64,000 nucleotides of DNA from Ylistrum balloti (Eukaryota), in contig NW_026782093.1 in NCBI RefSeq assembly GCF_031769215.1, positions 186,001 to 250,000 on the forward strand, read 5' to 3'. Below are positions 57,701-64,000 of this stretch, piece by piece (the first letter of the stretch is position 1; every line of letters begins with the position of its first letter). The notes beneath the pieces were generated by a model that saw only the letters and a program-made list of their open reading frames with translations, was not told where the DNA came from and did not search any database. The position numbers and the translations under genes are program-made.

Positions 57701-58236
57701 GGAAATGACGGCAGAGAAAAACAAATTTTAAGGTCCTCGTTACGATAGGGGTCATATGGAGACGGAGACAAAAAAAATGGAAAATAGATATCAACAACAA
57801 AGACAGTAAGACGGAAATTTACGAATATCGTATTTGTTTTCCTGGATCCTGGAGTTATACGGTTTCCATACACAAATTATAGATTGCATCTTTACCACTG
57901 GGCCATATGTAGGATATAAAAGCATGGTTATTAGACGCAGGCAGATCAGTATTTTCATAACAAACATAAATTGCCGATATGTGCAGTTCATGTCATTAAT
58001 TATTTGTTCAATTAATCGACCGTTTGTGACGTAGCAGTGTTCTTTCAACGTTTTTAGTTTTATTGAAAAGCTGCTGTTGCTGCAATAAAAGTGACCTTTC
58101 AAAGGTGACACATTGACGAATTGATACTGACGGAATTTCAATAAATTTTGTTTATTTTTTTTTTTACATATAATGGACATACAGTATGATTAAAAATAAC
58201 ATTGATGTTCTTTTGTATATTGTACAGGAATATACC

Positions 58237-61200
58237 ATGGTACAAACAGATCCCGAAAGGGCAGAAGCCCCAAGGAAAAATAGCCAAGTGTCTAGCAATT
58301 TAGACGGTGGATGGGGTTGGATTGTCACGTTCTCCTCCTTCATGCTCAACTTTTTGGTAGATGGAGTCTGCTATACAATTGGTGTTTTCTTACCAGTATT
58401 CATCATACACTTCAGGGGTAGTAAAGCAAAGACAATGCTTCTTAGCTCTGTCACCAATGGACTGTCTTTTCTACTAGGTATAATTTAGTTTGCTTTGACA
58501 CACATTTAATCAGTTAATTGTCACAGGCGACAATATTTTCCTCTACATATATTTAAAAGTTCATATTAAAGTCTAAATGTGTCGCAAAATTCTTTTGTTT
58601 TCGTCAGCTTGGAAAAGAAGCTGTGACTCTGCCTTAATATCTAATTAAACCTTGACCGACGTGTCTGAAATTTATTTGGGAATTTTTACTTTTTCGTGTC
58701 CTGTTTAATGTTATTTATAAAAACAAGATAACCAAAGCAAATTTTAAATGGATCCGTCCTGTCATTAAGTGACAACCATCACAAGGACATTTTCTTTGTA
58801 ATGGATTCTATGTGTGGACTGTCAGATTGACGTCAAGTAGTCAACGCTGATAAACTTGGTCAATTCATTGTTATGACACTTAAACAATTTTTGTAGTAAG
58901 TAAGTTAAATTGTTTGACAATAGATTTTTTGCGTCATTATCTTATATTTTACATTCTGTGTTGCACTAACATATATTTCATTCTTGCCAATTATATGTTG
59001 TAAAACTATTAACTTAAATTAACAGTGATTCGGTTAGGTAGATGTCTCTTGTGTAAACAAAAGTGGGCGTTGGCCACATTCAATATTAATATACAGACAT
59101 TTCATTATTATCATTATTACTATTACTACATTCTTAACGGCCCGTCAGTTCATAAGTCTGATATCGATTCATTCAGTTGCTCTCATATGTAGTTGTTGTT
59201 TGTCTCGGTCCTGTCTTATTTTTATTTTTGACCCTAAGGACCAGTGGCTGGAGTGTCGGTTAATCGGTTTGGATGTCGGAAGACGACGATTTTGGGAATT
59301 ATGATTGCGAGTAGCGGACTATTCCTGTCCACGTTCTCGCCTAACTTGGACGTCATGATTGTTTTGTACGGTATCATCGGAGGTACGTCATCATTTCTAC
59401 TGTTGAAAATTATATAATTGAAAATGTTATAAATAAATTCCGTTATTTGTTTGAAACGTATAACATTGTATGTCAATATTACTGCATTTGAAAACTTTTT
59501 ATTTCGGTTTTCACGTGACGACAATTATGTCTTTCTACTCACGTTGTTTCTGTGACTAATTGTGCCCTTTTTAGATTTTTTTATTCCTATTTTGAGGTAA
59601 GAACGACATCTATCTTTTGAATGTTATTTGAACACCTGATATTATTCTCCTTGTACATTTTAGGTGTCTCCGACTAAATTTTTCGTTTGTTAATGTTTTA
59701 CCCAAGTTTAATTGAATTCGAGTTCGGATTATGAGTATGTTGACATGCAGGTACTTTCTTGTTTTTTTTTTTTTTTTTTTTAAGAGAAGAGAAGAGAGTA
59801 AACGATATATTTAATTATTTTATCAGAATATGAATGGCAAAATTTCCTTCTGCATTTAACATTGTTTTGTCTTCAAACCCGATATTTTGACAGTCAATTG
59901 ACATGATAAGATATCAATGCATCAATAATTCTTTTTATACAAATGTCAGTTTGACCATCATTATTGTGTGATTTAATCTGGGTGATTCTGAGATATCGCA
60001 GCAGAATCCAGAATAATTAAATCAGTAACATGTATATTTGTAACCATGTGTTATAGGAATTGGTTTTGGACTTGTATACACACCTACGATAATAATAGTG
60101 AGTTACTATTTCGAAAAACGCCGAGCTCTTGCTACTGGGATCGCCACATGCGGATCGGGTATCGGAGGGTTTGTGTTCGCTCCACTTTCCGTACTTCTAC
60201 TGGAAACGTATGGTTGGCGAGGCGCCATGTGGATCATCACGGGAATTGTGCTGAATGGCATTGTTTTTGCTTCCTTCTATAGATCGGATTATCCACTAAC
60301 AGTAAAAGATGACACTAAAAATAAACCAAATGGCGAACAGACATTAAAAACCATATTAGCGTCATTCTGGAAGACGTTTGACTGTTCGATGCTGACAAGT
60401 CCGTCATTTGTGGTATACACCACGTCATGTTTCTTGGTCTCTGTCGGTAAGATAATCAGCGATATTGTTCTTAAAAAGCATTACTACACGAGTCCATATT
60501 TTGTATTTTCATTACCTGTAACAAAACTGAATACCCATTAATCATGCAAGCACATTTAAATAAGTCGACATACTAATAACTATTTAAATGATGTGAAAAC
60601 CTTACATTCCATATCATAATATCATATCATATTAAAAAAAATAATAACAGGTGCGATGGAATTGATATAATCCAACTGTCCTTATTTCCATGTTTAGTGG
60701 TAGTCGAGTGATTTATGAAGCATGACTGATGTATAGGATATATGAAATACATTAGAATATACGCATTTACCTGAAGTTGATTATAGATTAATATATGCTA
60801 GTGTACCTCACCTTATAGACTTCCCTTTCCATCACTTTGGAATGTGCTCGGTCTCCCCATGGGCTTCAAAGTTCAGTTCCTCACTATTACTGACTAGAAG
60901 GACTAAACAGGCAGGTGATGCAGATTAATTCATTGTCTGTCTCTACTCTATCAAACTTCAACTGGTGTGTCTTTTGTTCAATCTTATTGCAAAAATACGA
61001 TAAATTATTTGTTGAAAGGTTTCTTTAAAAAAGAAAATATCTTTCAATGTTTCACAAAGACCTGTCGTTGACAGCTGTTTATTTCTGTTTTTCAGGATTT
61101 TTTATTCCGTTTAACTGCCTGCCTGCCCTCGCCGGTGACCTTGGTATTTCGGCCAGCAATGGCGCTTTATTAATATCTATCATTGGAATATGCAATACTG

Positions 61201-63165
61201 TGTCTAATGTTGTGTTTGGCTTCATCATCGACCTTCCCTGTGTTGACAATATTCTAACAAACAATATTGTCCTGATGACTGGAGGAGTGGCTACAATATT
61301 GGTGCCTTACTACCATGCATTTGGAATCCTTGTTGTTTATTCCGCCGTGTTTGGAATCATGATAGGTAGGTTTGAATCACCAGATGGAAATTTTTTCACA
61401 AAACGAAGGAATACGAAATATTTTTATTGACGTTATACGATAGATATTTTCACATGTAACTTTCGGACATGCTCATTATCCTTATTGTGAACGGTGACAT
61501 ATATACTGTTGATGTTATTAGATATAAATCATATATTTTCGAGGGATTCATTTTTTGTGGTTTAAAAAAAACAATATTTCAGGGCATCTGATTTCGTGAA
61601 TAAATATCTCTAAATAAATCTACATTTATTGATTTTAACAATTCGAGGGCATATGGATTATTGGATTAAAATTACCCACAAAATCTACAAAAATAAATCC
61701 CCCGAAAATAAAGATTTCACAATACACTAAAGAGGCATTTAATTGCAGGTAGTTGGTCAATGATAAGGGGTTTTTTTTTATAGAAATTGCTTTGAAGAAT
61801 TTTACTGCCAGTAATTAGATACAAATGGTTTTCTTTGCAGTCGAAAAATATCAAAGACACTATGCATTATTAATTTATTAGATTCATCATGTTTCAGTTA
61901 AAACGCAATTCTTTGGTCTGGCAATATTAATCATTCTGTGTAGGCATATACAGTTAAATGTTAATTGTATGCAAAACCTTTAAAATGATTTCAATTCGAT
62001 TATTCCTACGTCGAGTAAGGTCAATATTAAGTAATCTACGTCACTTCCGGTTTGTTCGAACTGATACTTAATATTGAGGACAAATAATAGCATTTATAAA
62101 ATACTATTCAAAGCCATGCAGTGATTCATAAACAACATAATGTAATCTTATGCTAGGCGTAACATCCAGTGCTTGTGTTATATGTTAATGAATGTGCTAA
62201 AAGAAAATAATAACAGTGCCAAACTGCTTAAGTGTGTAGGCTGAAAAAAATAGTGTACTTCTACAAGGCGATTTTTCTTCCACTGCCGTTGTAACCATTG
62301 ACATTGCAATCGATAAAAAGTGTTAAATGAAAACTATACTGAAATATGAATGAAAAAGAAACCTTGATAAAGATTTCATTTCTTTACGCTACAGGAGCTT
62401 TTGAACTGTTGAATTCGATCCTTATGGTGGAAATAAAAGGTATCGAGAGGTTATCTAATGGGTTTGGCCTATTGAACATGTTTATCGGCTTCGCCAGCAT
62501 AGTAGGTTCGCCTATTGCAGGTAAGTAATTAGCAAATTTCTAATATTTTCTTAAATTACCGTATCAAAATAACTTGCATTGATTCCTTTCTACATGACTC
62601 TGTTAATGTCATGTCCTATGTTATGACGTCACAATGTCCTTTTTCCCCACGTAATAATGAATAATGGAAAAGTATTATGATCGCAATTCATAAATATCTT
62701 ATTAGATATGCCCAAAGGAATTCAAGTCAAGCTATCGAGAATCATATGATATTTTCTTTTGTGAGGGAAGTAATTGTAATATTAGACGATAAAATGATCT
62801 AAAGAAACACCCTTTAAGATATTTCAAAGGAAAATATCATAAAGTTTCAAACATTATATTTTTCTTATAATAGTTTTATTATTAGTTGACCAGTATCAAA
62901 AAACGCTTCAATATATAACAAAAGTAAGTGAATTCAGTTCCAGTATATATAAAGTATACATATAAGTTGCGAAAAGTATGATTGATTTGTAGGGGCACTG
63001 TCAGATGCTTCAGGAAACTATGATGACGCTTTTTACTTTGCTGGAGGTGTGATAACTATAGCTGGTGTTATATGTTTACCGCTTAGACGAATCATCACAT
63101 GGGAGAAAAAAAGACTCGCGAAAAAATGTAAAATGAAAGAATCTGATTCATCAATAGAAAAATGA
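58237..63165 (+). CDS. SLC16/monocarboxylate transporter family MFS protein, 447 aa
   Basis: Six GT-AG exons, all introns phase 1: 58237-58477, 59239-59382, 60057-60446, 61096-61365, 62395-62520, 62993-63165 (1344 nt). MCT signatures DGGWGW, NRFGCR, YFEKRRALATGIA and GSPIAG. The exact ortholog cannot be assigned. Confidence 0.93.
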
Positions 63166-63729
63166 CGAAGACATTCAAACTGTTTGTTTCATGCCAAACT
63201 TTATTTACATCGATCGATATCAATAATATCATATCTTCCACGAAGAGTCAGGCTTGTCAACACTTCCAATACTTTGTGTTGTATAAAGAATATTTTGTAA
63301 TGTTCAACAAACAATGCTGAAGGACGTATTATTTTTACTACGTGTTTCCATTATCTTCTTAATTTTTCTTCTGATTTCTTTCGCCAAGGATGTTTTCGTC
63401 GCTTTTTCTGATAACCATAATGGAACTTGACAATAGTGTGCATAAGAAATATCCGATTTCAATACCATTTGATATCTATATTGAAGTGTGAAGTGTGTAT
63501 CATGAAAAATATCGAAATCAAAAAAGAAATGTACGGAGAACTACACCATGGCAGAAATTCTGGTTGACAATATCTTGATGGAGTTTGGTGGTTAATTCTT
63601 CCTACAGACTACAGGTATACCTATGTGAAAACTTGTGACCCATCTCCTGACTGACTTGTTTTTTTTTTTTTTTTTGTTTTCATATGAGGCTAAAGTCATC
63701 TAATACTTAACAAAAGAAGGTCACAATGA

Positions 63730-63930
63730 CCTGGCAAAGTCCTTCAATCTCATTTTCAGATATAATGACGGCTTTAAACAAGGAGAGATTTATTGACCAT
63801 ATCCATTATATGCGTCCTCCAGAATTTGAAATCAAGGACAAGATAGACTCTTCTTCAACGGCGGATTACCTCAGTTGTTTTCTATCAAGCTGTATGATCA
63901 TCGTGATGATTTCAAATTGAGTTCAAATTA
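63730..63930 (+). mobile_element. Degenerate Penelope-like RT fragment
   Basis: LAKSFNLIFRYND, FIDHIHY..PPEFEIKD..DSSSTADYL and LYDHRDDF across frameshifts; nucleotide similarity to 23130-23175 (minus). Confidence 0.7.
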
Positions 63931-64000
63931 AGATTGTGTTAATATATCAGTTACTGCTATGTTGTGGCACTTTGAACACAGCCGTAACGGCCGTAGAGCT

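Overview
AT-rich, intron-containing animal genomic DNA. The repeat families look like those of molluscs, probably bivalves; that assignment is an inference. I found no CRISPR array, rRNA or prokaryotic system. Three spliced genes could be reconstructed by hand with GT-AG junctions and consistent phases: an 8-finger C2H2 zinc-finger gene (minus, 3 coding exons, 1092 aa), NUB1 head-to-head with it (plus, 16 coding exons, 606 aa), and an SLC16/MCT-family transporter (plus, 6 coding exons, 447 aa). Between NUB1 and the transporter lie two open, correctly spliced last exons of a second, diverged SLC16 paralog and an inverted exon-2-like remnant; none of these are in the supplied ORF track. The rest of the window is a young CR1-type LINE inserted in register into a 29-bp satellite, a dead PIF/Harbinger/ISL2EU-type transposase with a SWIM finger, several Penelope-like RT remnants, many Helentron-associated/MITE-like elements, and about ten unrelated minisatellites. 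One of these multiplies a NUB1 5' splice site six times. The very long ORFs at 26-28.7 kb are tandem-repeat artefacts. I cannot support a wholly new biological system from this sequence; the best leads are the rearranged SLC16 paralog, the multiplied splice donor, the nested LINE/satellite and a 22-bp palindrome in the divergent promoter interval. All coordinates were counted by hand and may be off by a few bases.
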